From the NCBI GenBank assembly GCA_951406725.2, contig OX597830.1:51646001-51710000 (forward strand): DNA of 64,000 nt. The letters are read 5' to 3'. The translations under genes were made by a program, and so were the position numbers. The notes under the pieces were generated by a model. The model was given only the letters and a program-made list of their open reading frames with translations. It was not told the DNA's origin and did no database searches. This DNA comes from Octopus vulgaris. Its lineage: Eukaryota. Positions 26,330 through 43,624 of the stretch are shown here, in pieces (position 1 is the first letter of the stretch; each line of letters begins with the position of its first letter).

Positions 26330-26990
26330 TACCAGCTTCTGACTATGAATTGCGACCAATGAGAGCACAGGTCTTTCTTCAATGGAAAGACTGTGTTCTC
26401 AGAGCCTTGTACAACAGCATCTACTCGGTGATCAGAGTGGATAATCACCTATCGGAACCATTCGCATCAAATGCTTGTTCTGCCAAGGATGTCCTCTTTC
26501 ATCTCTTCTGTATGTATTGAGTGTTGAATCACTACTACCGAAATTAGAGACGGTGGGGAGCACAGCGCGTGAACTAGCATGTGAACGGTCTCAGATGGCA
26601 TATGCAAATGAACTGATCGGTGATGCTATAAGAAACTACGAGGCAGTGACGGGAGCAAAAAGTTAGACAATGTGCTTGCAGTCTGACACTTGCAAAGACA
26701 AGTCATTACCGTCCAACAGCACTGAGCAGAACTGGATGAAACAGAGACTGGTTTAAGAATACAATGTCTAATCTCACTCACAAATGGATTAAGATGAAAG
26801 CGATCCCTGAAAGGACATGCAAATGTTACAAACTTCCATATCACCTCAATGATCCATTACTGCCCGACTATCGTAACTTGTTCTTCTGCTTTTTTTATGG
26901 AAGGATGCGTCCCATTTGTGGTCAATACCCATTGTGTATGATGATGTGTAGGCATGCTCTGAATCTGTAGCATCTAGAGCGTGATCACAT
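26330..26990 (+). mobile_element. Decayed L1/Tx1-clade LINE reverse transcriptase remnant
   Basis: LRALYNSIYSVIRVD.HLSEPF followed by QGCPLSSLLYVLSVE.LL.KL and AYA; many frame breaks. Confidence 0.7.
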
Positions 26991-27174
26991 TCGGTCGCCG
27001 TTCGTCAGGAGCGTCCTTCCCCAAATTGGTTTCTTTCACATAGCTGTAGTGCGTATTCAAAAGCCGAGGGAGGGCACACGACATCTGAAATATCAAGTAA
27101 AACGACGACGACGTTCTTTGAGAAACCATTGACTGGAATGTTCTGGAAGACATTCAGGCCACGAACATCGAAAG

Positions 27175-28375
27175 AAAGTGCATTCCAGAAGTCTTGAAAC
27201 GTTTTCTAAGAGAGACATTTATTATCTTCAAAGAAGTACAAAACTTTAATTTCAATCAATGTAGGATCCTCTCACCTCATTAGACTTATCGTAGCGCTCC
27301 CGCCACTTCTTGAAGACCTTGTGGAATCCTCCAAAGTAATGTTGCCCAGGACCATCGTTACATCTTTTATCTTCTGCATGTCTTCAAAACAACTGCCTCT
27401 TAGTTCTCCTACAGCTTGGGGAACAACCAAAAGTCACAGATCACAAAATCTGAACCGTAGGAAGGATGAACGATAGTTCTGATACCCATCATTGTCAAGT
27501 AGTTATATACCAGAATGGATCCATCGACTGGTGCATTGTTCTGGTGCAGCTGCCACCGATCCGAGAGGAAGAGTTCTTGCTTTTTTCTACGTAATCTTTT
27601 CTTGAACTCTCTCAAAATCGCCACAAAGTACTCTTTGTTGACTGTCTGGAGAGAGAGAGCCCAAATGATGTAAATAATGGCTTTGCTGCCGTAAAGGAGG
27701 ATCATCACGAACTTCTTCTTGAACCTTCGCCCGGCGTTCTAAGGTCTGAGGTAGCCAAGACGCTTCCATTAGGCATCTGTTTCTTGGACTCTGGATCATA
27801 ATTGCAGATCCAATCTTCGTCACAGGTTACCATAACCCCAAGTACTCATTAATTGGAGGCAAAGAGCTCAACCATCTCCCATTTTGCACATGTTAAGACT
27901 TTTATTAATAATTCTATGTACACTTTTATACTAAATTTAAACTGCATGCTTATTGTTTTTCTAAACACGCGACAGTCTTCATTCAGAAAATCGAGATGTT
28001 TTGATTACCCTTTCCTTTTCACACCTCTCATGGTCTCTCACTTTCTCTCTATCGTCCTTGAACTTCTTGTGACATCAAAAAATAGAATGTCGGCTCATAC
28101 AAGTTAATCCATAAGAAGTCTGGAGCATTTAATCAGCTTCTGTATCGCTTTTGCCCACTTTAAGTCAAACCTTTATTGCATTGGCTAGTTTCCAAAATGC
28201 CTTCACGTCCCGACTGCATTGTTGAAACTCGTCTCCTTCAATCTAGAATTAAAAAGTTGACAGGCCAGCTTATTAGATAGAAAGTAGTGATACACTAATA
28301 TTACAATAATCTAGGACAGTTATAACTGCATCTCTTAAAATTTAGGCCTCAAAATTTCTAAAATGTACCTCGTAT
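27175..28375 (-). mobile_element. Decayed mariner (DD34D-type) transposon
   Basis: TVNKEYF..ILR.F..RLRRK..., WQLHQNNAP, HPSYGSDFVICDFWLFPKL; TACGAGGT-type TIR at ~28350-28374. Confidence 0.85.
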
Positions 28376-28879
28376 ATATGCCACAGATACCTGGTCTCAC
28401 AGTGTTACAGGCGAGCATTGCCGGTTCGCAATAAGCTCTACTGGCATAAAAGTTTTGTCAACCGGACATGTCCGTGGTTCACAGAGTGACAAAACCGCTC
28501 TGCACTCACTTTGTCAGTGTATGAAGATTTGTTGAACAGCTTCTCTCTTATGTTAATGACTTGTAGAGACACGGTGTTTCGTTATGCAACCATAATATAC
28601 TATAAAGTATATTAAACGTTTTTATAAGTCAATATCGTGTTCTGTACCATGTTTATACGGTCTTCTCTTATGTAAGATGAATCTAGATATCAGCTGAGTT
28701 TATCGTTTCGCCGTTCTTCTTTAGTCTAGAAAAAAGGGCATTCTTTTTATCTATCTGGTGGTTTTGGCGAAAGAGGTATAGTGGACGAGAATGGCTGGTA
28801 TAGCGGAGAGGTATGGCTGACGAGAGTCACCTTTGCTTTTAGCCAAGACCCACCACCACCACCACCAGCTCCACAGCAG

Positions 28880-29113
28880 CCAGTGGTGTTTCTTTATGTC
28901 CCCCGTAACATAGCGGTTCGGAGAAATATTAATAGAATATGAACCAGGCTTTAAAATAAGTACTAAAGTCAATTTATGTCACTAAATTCTTCAAAACAGT
29001 GCTCCATCATGGCCACAATCCTATAGCTGAAACAAGTAAAAGATAAAAGATATGCGTAGATATGTATGTATAAACATATGTATGTATATATATATATATA
29101 TATATATATAGAT

Positions 29114-29174
<61 letters not shown>

Positions 29175-29349
29175 GGCGTAGCACTGGCTGTGTGGTAAGT
29201 AGCTTGCTTACCAGCCACATGGTTCCAGGTTCAGTCCCACTGCTTGACACCTTGGGCAAGTGTCTTCTATTATACCTTCGGGCCGACCAAAGCCTTGTGA
29301 GTGGATTTGGCAGAAGGAAACTGAAAAGAACCCGTCGTATATATGTATG

Positions 29350-29426
<77 letters not shown>

Positions 29427-29429
29427 GTT

Positions 29430-29466
<37 letters not shown>

Positions 29467-29690
29467 GTGTGTATATGTTTGTGTGTCTGTGTTTGTCCTC
29501 CCAAAATCGCTTGACAACCGATGCTGGTGTGTTTACGTCTCCGTAACTTAGCGCTTCGGCAAAAGAGACCGATAGAATAGGTACTAGGCTTACAAAGAAT
29601 AAGTCCTGGAGTCGATTTGCTCGACTAAAGGCGGTGCTCCAGCATGGCTGCAGTCAAATGACTGAAACAAATTAAAAGAATAAAAGAATA
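28880..29690 (+). mobile_element. SINE family B: 3' fragment (28880-29050) and a full copy (29174-29690)
   Basis: Family B head, internal microsatellite and tail motifs. Confidence 0.85.
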
Positions 29691-29975
29691 GACCTGATAT
29701 AAGGATTTGAGAAAGAGATGAGTAACAGTGTACAATTGTGAAAATCAGCGTATGTTAACGTAAAGCTGAGATCAGTGAAAAAGAGAACACCTATGCTGAA
29801 CTATTGAGAAATGTGCAGTTACTCTATCCAGATTACAAGTACAAGTTTATACGTGTAATTTTTGGGGCACTGAGATTCGTAACAGACTGCTAAATACCAA
29901 TCTTGAGAAACTGGGCTTCTGAAGACTACAGATTCGATCCATCATTCGAAGTGTAAAAATCTGTAAAACTTTCTG
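29690..29975 (+). mobile_element. RLE-type (R2/R4/NeSL group) LINE 3' fragment
   Basis: RPDI.I....EKENTYAELLRNVQLLYPDYKYKFIRVIFGAL, restriction-like endonuclease C-terminus. Confidence 0.65.
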
Positions 29976-30069
29976 TTCGACTAGCTTCACCGCTCATTTC
30001 AAATCACATCTTTGGTGACTTAACTTGGGATTCGCGTGCGACAATGTAACGTTCATATAATTAGGATAT

Positions 30070-30160
30070 CTTCGACCTGATGAGTAGCTTGCTGAATACC
30101 CCTAATTGAGTAAATATGGCATCAAAGGATCTGCTCGTTACGAAGCATATGTAACCTTGA
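30070..30160 (+). ncRNA. Degenerate hammerhead-like motif
   Basis: CTGATGA(30077-83)-GTAGC..GTTAC-GAAGC-ATAT-GTA; core A mutated and stem I not recoverable. Confidence 0.35.
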
Positions 30161-30398
30161 TTTTACCAGTTCCACTCACCCAATTTGGATTTTTATTTGC
30201 ATTCATAGCAACTCTAGTTGCTAACTAAGGGTTATAGATATTTTTTTTTATGCTTATCAAACTTCGATATGGGAAAAGCTTACAACATTCGACGTCAATA
30301 TTTTGCTGTTGTTCCTGTACGTTGCTTTTTATAACTACCAAAGCCTGTCGAAGCTTACAAAGTTTGTACTTTTAGATCCTTGGATATTCCAACAATTG

Positions 30399-30470
<72 letters not shown>

Positions 30471-30490
30471 CCTGTCTGTCTATCTGTCTG

Positions 30491-30545
<55 letters not shown>

Positions 30546-30550
30546 GTCTG

Positions 30551-30610
<60 letters not shown>
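30399..30610. repeat. (TCTA)n microsatellite
   Basis: Direct inspection. Confidence 0.95.
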
Positions 30611-30611
<1 letters not shown>

Positions 30612-30619
30612 TTCTCTAA

Positions 30620-30804
30620 GATGTGGCAGTGTGGTAAGAAGCTTGCTAGTATGTTTATGTCCCCATAACATAGCGGCTCGGAGACCGATAGAATAAGTAC
30701 TAGGCTTACAAAGAATAAATCCTGAGGTCGATTTCTTCGACTAGCACTCTTAAAGGTGGTGAACCAGCTTGGCCGCACTCAAATGACTGAAACATGTACT
30801 AGAA

Positions 30805-30851
<47 letters not shown>

Positions 30852-31180
30852 GAAATGAAGAAAATGCTGACAAAATAATTTAAGTAAGGGAGAGTGTATT
30901 TAATTAGGTGAAAGTTCTTTTTACCGGTTGCGAATTTGTTATGCTTATCAAAAGATATTTTTTTAAGAGAGACAGACTTCCTTTCTGATAGATTTTTTTC
31001 TCTTATCTATATATATATATATATATACACGACCACCCTTTTCAGTTTCCGTCTACCAAATCCAGTCACTAGGCTTTGGCCGGCCCGCGGCTAGAGGAGA
31101 AGAGTCTTGCCCAAAGTGCCACGCACTGGGACTGAACTGGGAGCCATATGATTGGGAAGCAAATTTCTTACAACCCAGCC
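30620..31180. mobile_element. SINE family B fragments (+ 30620-30805; - 31030-31180)
   Basis: Family B motifs on both strands. Confidence 0.7.
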
Positions 31181-31446
31181 AATACACATTAGCTTCATTA
31201 AATTCCCAAATCATTCAGAACAGGGAAAAAGGAAGTCATATTGATCCATCGGAGAATACATTTGTTCTCGATCGCCTAGGCTACTGCCCCCAATGATAGT
31301 CCCCACAAAGAGTCAAACTAAAGCCGAGTTCGAAGCAATTCAGCGCTGATATGCGAGGATTGACAGAGTGTGAGAGAAAAGGATGTAGGGAGGCTCAAAT
31401 AACTGAAGCATTACTCTGTAGGGCGAATATACGACTGACAGGCAGT

Positions 31447-31501
<55 letters not shown>

Positions 31502-31622
31502 TGATTGATTAATAGATAGATAGACAGGTAGATAGATGAATGTGCAAATATATATATATATATAATATATTTTATAATATTTTATATTCAATATTTCATC
31601 TATTCAATACTTCATTTCATTT

Positions 31623-31660
<38 letters not shown>

Positions 31661-31789
31661 TATACTATATATTCTATGTTCTACATTAATATTATAAAGA
31701 TATTATAAAGAATATAAATAAAACATAAAAAACAGAGTTGGAATTTCTTTGAATAATATATATCCCTCTATACACAATCATACAAACCC

Positions 31790-31857
<68 letters not shown>

Positions 31858-31890
31858 TATAATTTAGGACAAGCAGTAGAAAGTTGTCAT

Positions 31891-31951
31891 AATGGTACTC
31901 AGAGTTTTGAATGTTGGAGCGAAGAGCTACGATGCACTCTCGTCGGCTATT
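31891..31951 (-). ncRNA. Degenerate type I hammerhead motif next to (TA)n
   Basis: Minus strand AATAG-CCGACGA-GAGTG..CATTC-aAAAC-TCTGA-GTA-CCATT; G12 mutated. Confidence 0.5.
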
Positions 31952-33129
31952 AATGGCAACGGGACACTATGAAAAAACGTTGAATAAAAAGGAAGTTACA
32001 CTAATAGGTAGATTCGGGAAGTCAAAGAGAAAACAATTCGAGGTTAATAGTTTGTACCCGTGTTTTAGTTCTTTTTGATATGCGATGGACACATCGAAAC
32101 TTGTTATATTTGAAATTACTTGCTGTAATAAAAATATAAAACATTCTCTAAAATATACTTCTATGCCTTTTCCAACTGTATTAGCTTTTTGAACCATTTT
32201 AACCATAATGTTATATTTATATAGACTCTTAACCCCTCTTCAACTATATGTGTGTGTGTGTGTGTTTGTTTGTGTGTGTGTGTATGTGTCTGTGTACGGA
32301 AGATTCTGGGGAATCTAGCACCTCATTATTTTGTTGAAAGCTATAGTTACTGTCAAAGGGCAAAGATTCAATACCGTAACGACTCAAGGTTGAAGGGCAT
32401 AGTTTAGCCGTTCAAAACATGGTACAAAGCCACTTCTTTCAATACTGCACCCCATTCAGTCGTAAAATACCGAGTTTAGTGGGTGGCTTCACCCAGTACA
32501 CTTTGTAAACATGATTGTCATTAGGAAGGGAGTGCAGCCGCAGAAAACACGACAAATCAGTCACCAGAACCAAAGCGGACAATAGCATCATCCTGGCTCT
32601 TCGGCCCCTCACCAAGGCATGCAAAGTATGTCGAAGGTGTTTATAATGATTGTGTGTCTATGTGTGTTTGTGTGTGTGTTGTGAATGTATTGTGTGTGTG
32701 TTTGTGTGTGTTTGTGTGTGTGTGTGTGTGTGTAAAGCATAAAAAAAGTTTTGGATGTTTACTAAATGTTATCTTGTCACAATTCCATTTCAAAATCTCT
32801 TTTGCATGCTATGACGTAAAAAAATCGTTCTTTCCATTCGCGCCTACACAATATACAGGTTTGCTCACTGGACCGGAAATCTCATTTAGGTTAGTTATTT
32901 TTAGATTAGGCGTAAATGTCATATATTTCAGCGAAACTGTGAACTGGGTGTTATGACGTCTTTGCGTGTCTGACCCAGGGGTCATTGGTAACCCAAGAGT
33001 TCAGCCAGAGATTAAAATAGCGTCAATTAGATTCAGTGACGATCTAACAACGTCTACTTGTTTTGATAAAGATTTTCAATGGGGAATTAAATTTCTCTCA
33101 GTACTTGACCAGTACTTGCGACCGATAAG

Positions 33130-33690
33130 TTGTTATTATTTATGACAGAAGCGTCAGAGTGTCGAACAAGATATCTCACACCCCTTCCGGCTTTCTAAGT
33201 TCTGAATTCGTATCGCACTGATGCCAACTTTACTTTAATCCTTACTCTGGTCGATGAAATAAAAACCAATCAAGTACTGAGGTCGATGTAACTGACTTTC
33301 TCTCTCCACTCCAAATTACTGGCCTTGGGCTAAAATTTAAAACCATTGTTACTCTTATTCTTAAAACGATTTCAGAGTTGCATATTCAATAGAGTATCGG
33401 ACACGATGTACCTCGTGGCATTTGTTCCAGACCTTTATGGCCTGAGTTCAAATCCTGCAGAAGTTACCTTCGTCTTTCATTTTCCAGGTTCGATAAAATA
33501 AAGTAGCAATCAGATATTGGAGTCGATTTAATTGATTAATCCTAGGTGTGGCTGTGTGGTAGGAAATTTGCTTTCCGACCAAATGTTTCGGAGTTCAGTC
33601 CCACTGTGGGCAAATGTGTTTCTCTGTAGCATCGGACCGACCAAAGTGTTGTGAGTGGATTTGGTAGACGGAAACTGAAAGAAACCCGTC
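33130..33690 (+). mobile_element. Old SINE family A copies (33130-33530) and a family B head (33545-33690)
   Basis: Diverged matches to family A core and family B head. Confidence 0.7.
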
Positions 33691-33695
33691 GTTAT

Positions 33696-33740
<45 letters not shown>

Positions 33741-34039
33741 CAAAACAATAAAATGGAGAAATACATCTAAATCAATTATCAACAACCAGATAATACCCAA
33801 TCACATACTTTATTAAGCCACTACATATGAACATTAAGGTCAAACATAATAATATAGAACAAAACAGTGTACATGAAGGAGTAATATGATACAATAAGTA
33901 CAATATGTATAAGAGAATATAAATAAATATAAATATAAATATAAACTACATCTTACAATATATATATATATATATATACATATATACATATACATATATA
34001 TATATACATATATATATATATACATATAGATATATATAT

Positions 34040-34132
<93 letters not shown>

Positions 34133-34598
34133 CAAAACGGTATGCTGGCGGAGTATCAGCCAGTACAGGCTGAACAATTGTCACCAAAATTCATCCGATG
34201 GAAGATGATGTATTTGACCACACAGCGGCATTAGTTTGCGACAACTTAAAATCAAAAGATCTACTTAATACATAACTAGACAATTGTCCGGAATCAAATG
34301 ATGAGAATGTTAAAGACGTATATTGTTGGGAAACATAATTTATAACCCTAGTATACTTTGGTTCTGGGAAAGAGATGCAACTAAGAACAGTAAAAGATGG
34401 AGAGATGGAAGATGAGAGGGGACCCTAAAGGGAGGTAGTAGAATCTTAAAAACTGGAGCAGAAAATAATTACAGTTTTATTTAATTAAATAGTGGTCGGG
34501 AGGATTTTAAATTTGAATTACTACTAACGTGTGTGAGAATATATATGGAGGTGTATATGTTGGTGTGTGTGTATGTGCGAGTGTGTGTGTAACTATAC

Positions 34599-34704
<106 letters not shown>

Positions 34705-34851
34705 AATATAAGAGAGTGGTCACTATATGGCTCACTCTAGCACCAGTTAATCCAAAAGGTTTCAACCACAAAAATACATGTTTCCCATGAAAGTCAGTAC
34801 GATTGTTAGCTCACACGGACAGGGCAAATAAAAAATAACAAATACAGATTA

Positions 34852-34933
34852 TTTTGGGACAATTGTTTCGCTATTAATGAATTAAATGTAATTTTACTTA
34901 CAATAAAATCCACTTGTAGCTCTTCAGCCAAAA
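34852..34933 (-). ncRNA. Type I hammerhead ribozyme (unit 1)
   Basis: Reverse complement of 36216-36297. Confidence 0.83.
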
Positions 34934-35384
34934 CTATCTGGATGAAATCCACTCAATCACACGCCAGATTTTACCATAACGATAAATACGCGTGTGGTTC
35001 AATTGATTACATCCGACGTTATAATTCAAATGCCCCAACTAACAGCGCGCCAAATTTTCACGGAAAACAAATACAGCATTTAGAAATAAATGCAGCATAA
35101 TTATAATTAATTAATAAGGGTGAGAGAATTAGATACTAATTTAATAGTATATCTATTCTACACCAAGTGGCCTAGTGCTCCGAGAAACCTGGATTATTAT
35201 AATATTTTATAATATATTATAATATTTTTACAAAATAAATATAAGAGAGTGGTCACTATATGGCTCACTCTAGCACCAGTTAATCCAAAAGGTTTCAACC
35301 ACAAAAATACATGTTTCCCATGAAAGTCAGTACGATTGTTAGCTCACACGGACAGGGCAAATAAAAAATAACAAATACAGATTA

Positions 35385-35466
35385 TTTTGGGACAATTGTT
35401 TCGCTATTAATGAATTAAATGTAATTTTACTTACAATAAAATCCACTTGTAGCTCTTCAGCCAAAA
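35385..35466 (-). ncRNA. Type I hammerhead ribozyme (unit 2)
   Basis: Reverse complement of 36216-36297. Confidence 0.83.
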
Positions 35467-36215
35467 CTATCTGGATGAAATCCACTCAATCACACGCCAG
35501 ATTTTACCATAACGATAAATACGCGTGTGGTTCAATTGATTACATCCGACGTTATAATTCAAATGCCCCAACTAACAGCGGGCCAAATTTTCACGGAAAA
35601 CAAATACAGCATTTAGAAATAAATGCAGCATAATTATAATTAATTAATAAGGGTGAGAGAATTAGATACTAATTTAATAGTATATCTATTCTACACCAAG
35701 TGGCCTAGTGCTCCGAGAAACCTGGATTATTATAATATTTTATAATATATTATAATATTTTTACAAAATAAATATAAGAGAGTGGTCACTATATGGCTCA
35801 CTCTAGCACCAGTTAATCCAAAAGGTTTCAACCACAAAAATACATGTTTCCCATGAAAGTCAGTACGATTGTTAGCTCACATTCTACACCAAGTGACCAC
35901 TCTCTTATATTTATTTTGTAAAAATATTATAATATATTATAAAATATTATAATAATCCAGGTTTCTCGGAGCACTAGGCCACTTGGTGTAGAATAGATAT
36001 ACTATTAAATTAGTATCTAATTCTCTCACCCTTATTAATTAATTATAATTATGCTGCATTTATTTCTAAATGCTGTATTTGTTTTCCGTGAAAATTTGGC
36101 GCGCTGTTAGTTGGGGCATTTGAATTATAACGTCGGATGTAATCAATTGAACCACACGCGTATTTATCGTTATGGTAAAATCTGGCGTGTGATTGAGTGG
36201 ATTTCATCCAGATAG

Positions 36216-36297
36216 TTTTGGCTGAAGAGCTACAAGTGGATTTTATTGTAAGTAAAATTACATTTAATTCATTAATAGCGAAACAATTGTCCCAAAA
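36216..36297 (+). ncRNA. Type I hammerhead ribozyme (inverted unit)
   Basis: TTTTGG-CTGAAGA-GCTA..TAGC-GAAAC-AATT-GTC-CCAAAA; 6-bp stem I, intact core, palindromic ACAATTGT stem III. Confidence 0.85.
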
Positions 36298-36533
36298 TAA
36301 TCTGTATTTGTTATTTTTTATTTGCCCTGTCCGTGTGAGCTAACAATCGTACTGACTTTCATGGGAAACATGTATTTTTGTGGTTGAAACCTTTTGGATT
36401 AACTGGTGCTAGAGTGAGCCATATAGTGACCACTCTCTTATATTTATTTTGTAAAAATATTATAATATATTATAAAATATTATAATAATCCAGGTTTCTC
36501 GGAGCACTAGGCCACTTGGTGTATAATATATAT

Positions 36534-36622
<89 letters not shown>

Positions 36623-36631
36623 TATATATAT

Positions 36632-37228
36632 AAATGAAAAATGTATAGTATATAAACAAACGGCATAACGTATACTGAGGGTACAACCGGTCGGGAGACA
36701 AACACAGAAGGGTCCCTAATTCTTCATCAGTTATCAAACAATTGGTAATATTCAGTTTCGCACCATTAATGGTTAGACTGAGGGTTTCCCATATTGGCGG
36801 TGCCCGCAAACATTTTTTTTTTTTCGGAGAATTATGGACCGAGAGGAAACACAACAAACCAAAACAACACACAATGTGACTTAGGACGGTAAAGAGAGAC
36901 GAACAGACGAACAAAATACGACCTTAGGGCTTTGTGTTAACAGGTTTTTATATACCCGTATGACTCCTCCCCTCTCTCTCTCTTACCGTCATTATTTCTC
37001 CCCTTTCTTTTTCTCATCCTCTCACTTCTATTCTAGTCTTTTCATTTTCTCCTTTTCTCTTATCAAATGGTTGATATCCGATAAAGTATTAGGGACCTTG
37101 TGTGTTTCACTCCTGCCCAGTTGTACACTCACTATACGTTATGTCGTTTCTTTATTTACCATACGTTTATTTTTTATTTGTCAAAGGAACGCGAAACACA
37201 CCGAATTTGTATTAGCAAGTATTAGCAA

Positions 37229-37230
<2 letters not shown>
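36632..37230. mobile_element. (TA)n-flanked element with diverged ~110-bp inverted repeat (pLTR-like)
   Basis: 36636-36748 is the reverse complement of ~37060-37175; contains CTGATGA (minus, 36726-36732) but no complete ribozyme. Confidence 0.55.
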
Positions 37231-37271
<41 letters not shown>

Positions 37272-37363
37272 ATCCAAACATGGAAGCACAAAAAACACAA
37301 CAACGCGAGGACGTGGAACAAATATAGTATTATTGGACGCTCAGGAAAGAAGGAAAGAAGGAG

Positions 37364-37400
37364 TGTTTAACGTTTCGAGCGGAGCTCTTCGTCGGAAACA
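37364..37400 (-). ncRNA. Minimal type I hammerhead (Penelope pLTR type) within element 37264-37475
   Basis: Minus strand TGTTT-CCGACGA-AGAGC-TCC-GCTC-GAAAC-GTT-AAACA; 5-bp stem I, AACGTT palindrome. Confidence 0.7.
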
Positions 37401-37532
37401 TAGGAGAAGGAAAGATCCAGAGAAGGGAAGACAGAGGAAACAAATCGCCAACGGTACACACGCGGTCACATGAAAATAGAATGAGGTGTATGGGCGGAAT
37501 GATATATAGCAATCGGTGCATGGGTGTATATG

Positions 37533-37775
37533 TATAGGGTTGGTGCATAATTATTGCGGCTTTTTTTCAACAAAGACAATAACAATATTTAACAAAAGCA
37601 TCTTTAAATGACGGTCTGACCATCTGCCAAGCAAATGGGAAGCAGTAATTGAAGTAGATGGTGAATATGCTCCGGAATAATCATTTAAAGATGTTTTTGC
37701 TACATGCTATTATTGTTTTTGTCGCATAAAATTTGTTGAAAAATAATTATGCAATAATTATGCACCAACCCAATA
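37533..37775. mobile_element. mariner-derived palindromic MITE
   Basis: TIRs GGGTTGGTGCATAATTATTGC / GCAATAATTATGCACCAACCC with TA ends; centre encodes HLPSKWEAVIEVDGEYAPE* (mariner C-terminus-like). Confidence 0.85.
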
Positions 37776-37781
37776 TATATA

Positions 37782-42243
<4,462 letters not shown>

Positions 42244-42305
42244 TATATATACATATATATATTTATATATATATATTTTTTCATTGCATTTTTTTCTGAT
42301 GGCCG

Positions 42306-42366
42306 GATAACTGAAGAGATGTCGGCGTGGATTTCAACCCCAGAATCCGAAACTCAGAGTTTTATC
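42306..42366 (+). ncRNA. Type I hammerhead motif in a short element after (TA)n
   Basis: GATAA-CTGAAGA-GAT...GGATTTC..GAATCC-GAAAC-TCAGA-GTT-TTATC; 5-bp stem I, intact core, stem II closure imperfect. Confidence 0.65.
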
Positions 42367-43183
42367 ATGGCTACCGAATAATTGCCACGTATTATATTTG
42401 CAGGTTTGAAGCCAGCTCTTTCTCTATTGGCAAGAAATCTTGAAATAAAACTGAATGATGACATGCATACGTAAATACATACATACATACATACATACAT
42501 ACATACATACATACATACATACATACATACATACATACATACATAATGCATGCATGCATGCATACATACATATGCTCTAAGAAAACTACAGGATTAAGAA
42601 GATATCAGTGAAAGTTCGATATGGAAGTTTCAAAGTGCTAGTATTGCACATTTTGCATTAAACAGTTTCTTACCATCGCCGTAGACTATGTAACAATGCT
42701 TCGAGATCAGAATAGGGGAAACCTTGAAACCTCAGACAAAAGAATTTTAGTCCAAACTTCATAATCTCCAAATGATAATTAACATCTTTAAGAGGACAAC
42801 TCTTCGAGATCTTTCGAACGGAATTGTTTGTACAAAGAATAGCAGAGGTGAAGATTTTAAGAAACTTAGAATATAAAGTATATAGCAAATATTTTCATTG
42901 TAATATTACTAAAGGACAGAAGACTGATGAAAATAAAACATAAAATTGCAACTTGCACAGGAAAACATACCTACACACATACGTACGTACATACGCACAT
43001 ACATACACACATACATACACACATACATACATACATACATACATACATACATTCATACATACATATATACATACATATATACATACATACATATATACAT
43101 ACATACATACATACATACATGCATGTATGTATATACATACATACACACGTAAACTGATATATGTGTGTATATATATATATATA

Positions 43184-43545
43184 GGCGCAGGAGTGGCTGT
43201 GTGGTAAGTAGCTTGCTAACCAACCACACGGTTGCGGGTTCTGTCCCACTGCGTGGCATCTTGGGCAAGTGTCTTCTGCTATAGCCCCGGGCCGACCAAT
43301 GCCTTGTGAGTGGATTTGGTAGACGGAAACTGAAAGAAGCCTGTCGTATATATGTATATATATATGTATGCGTGTGTTTGTGTGTCTGTGTTTGTCCCCC
43401 TAGCATTGCTTGACAACTGATGCTGGTGTGTTTAGGTCCCCGTCACTTAGCGGTTCGGCAAAAAGAGACCGATAGAATAAGTACTAAAAGGTGGTGCTCC
43501 AGCATGGCCGCAGTCAAATGACTGAAACAAGTAAAAGAGTAAAAG
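43184..43545 (+). mobile_element. SINE family B, full length
   Basis: tRNA-like head, CORE-like cttgggcaagtg, 3' gcatggccgcagtcaaatgactgaaacaagtaaaagag. Confidence 0.88.
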
Positions 43546-43559
43546 AGAGAGTAAGAGTA

Positions 43560-43624
<65 letters not shown>

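Noticed and set aside
30915-30960. Minus-strand hammerhead-like TTGATAA...GCAAC-CG-GTA
   Set aside because: Three core substitutions and poor stem II; not supportable
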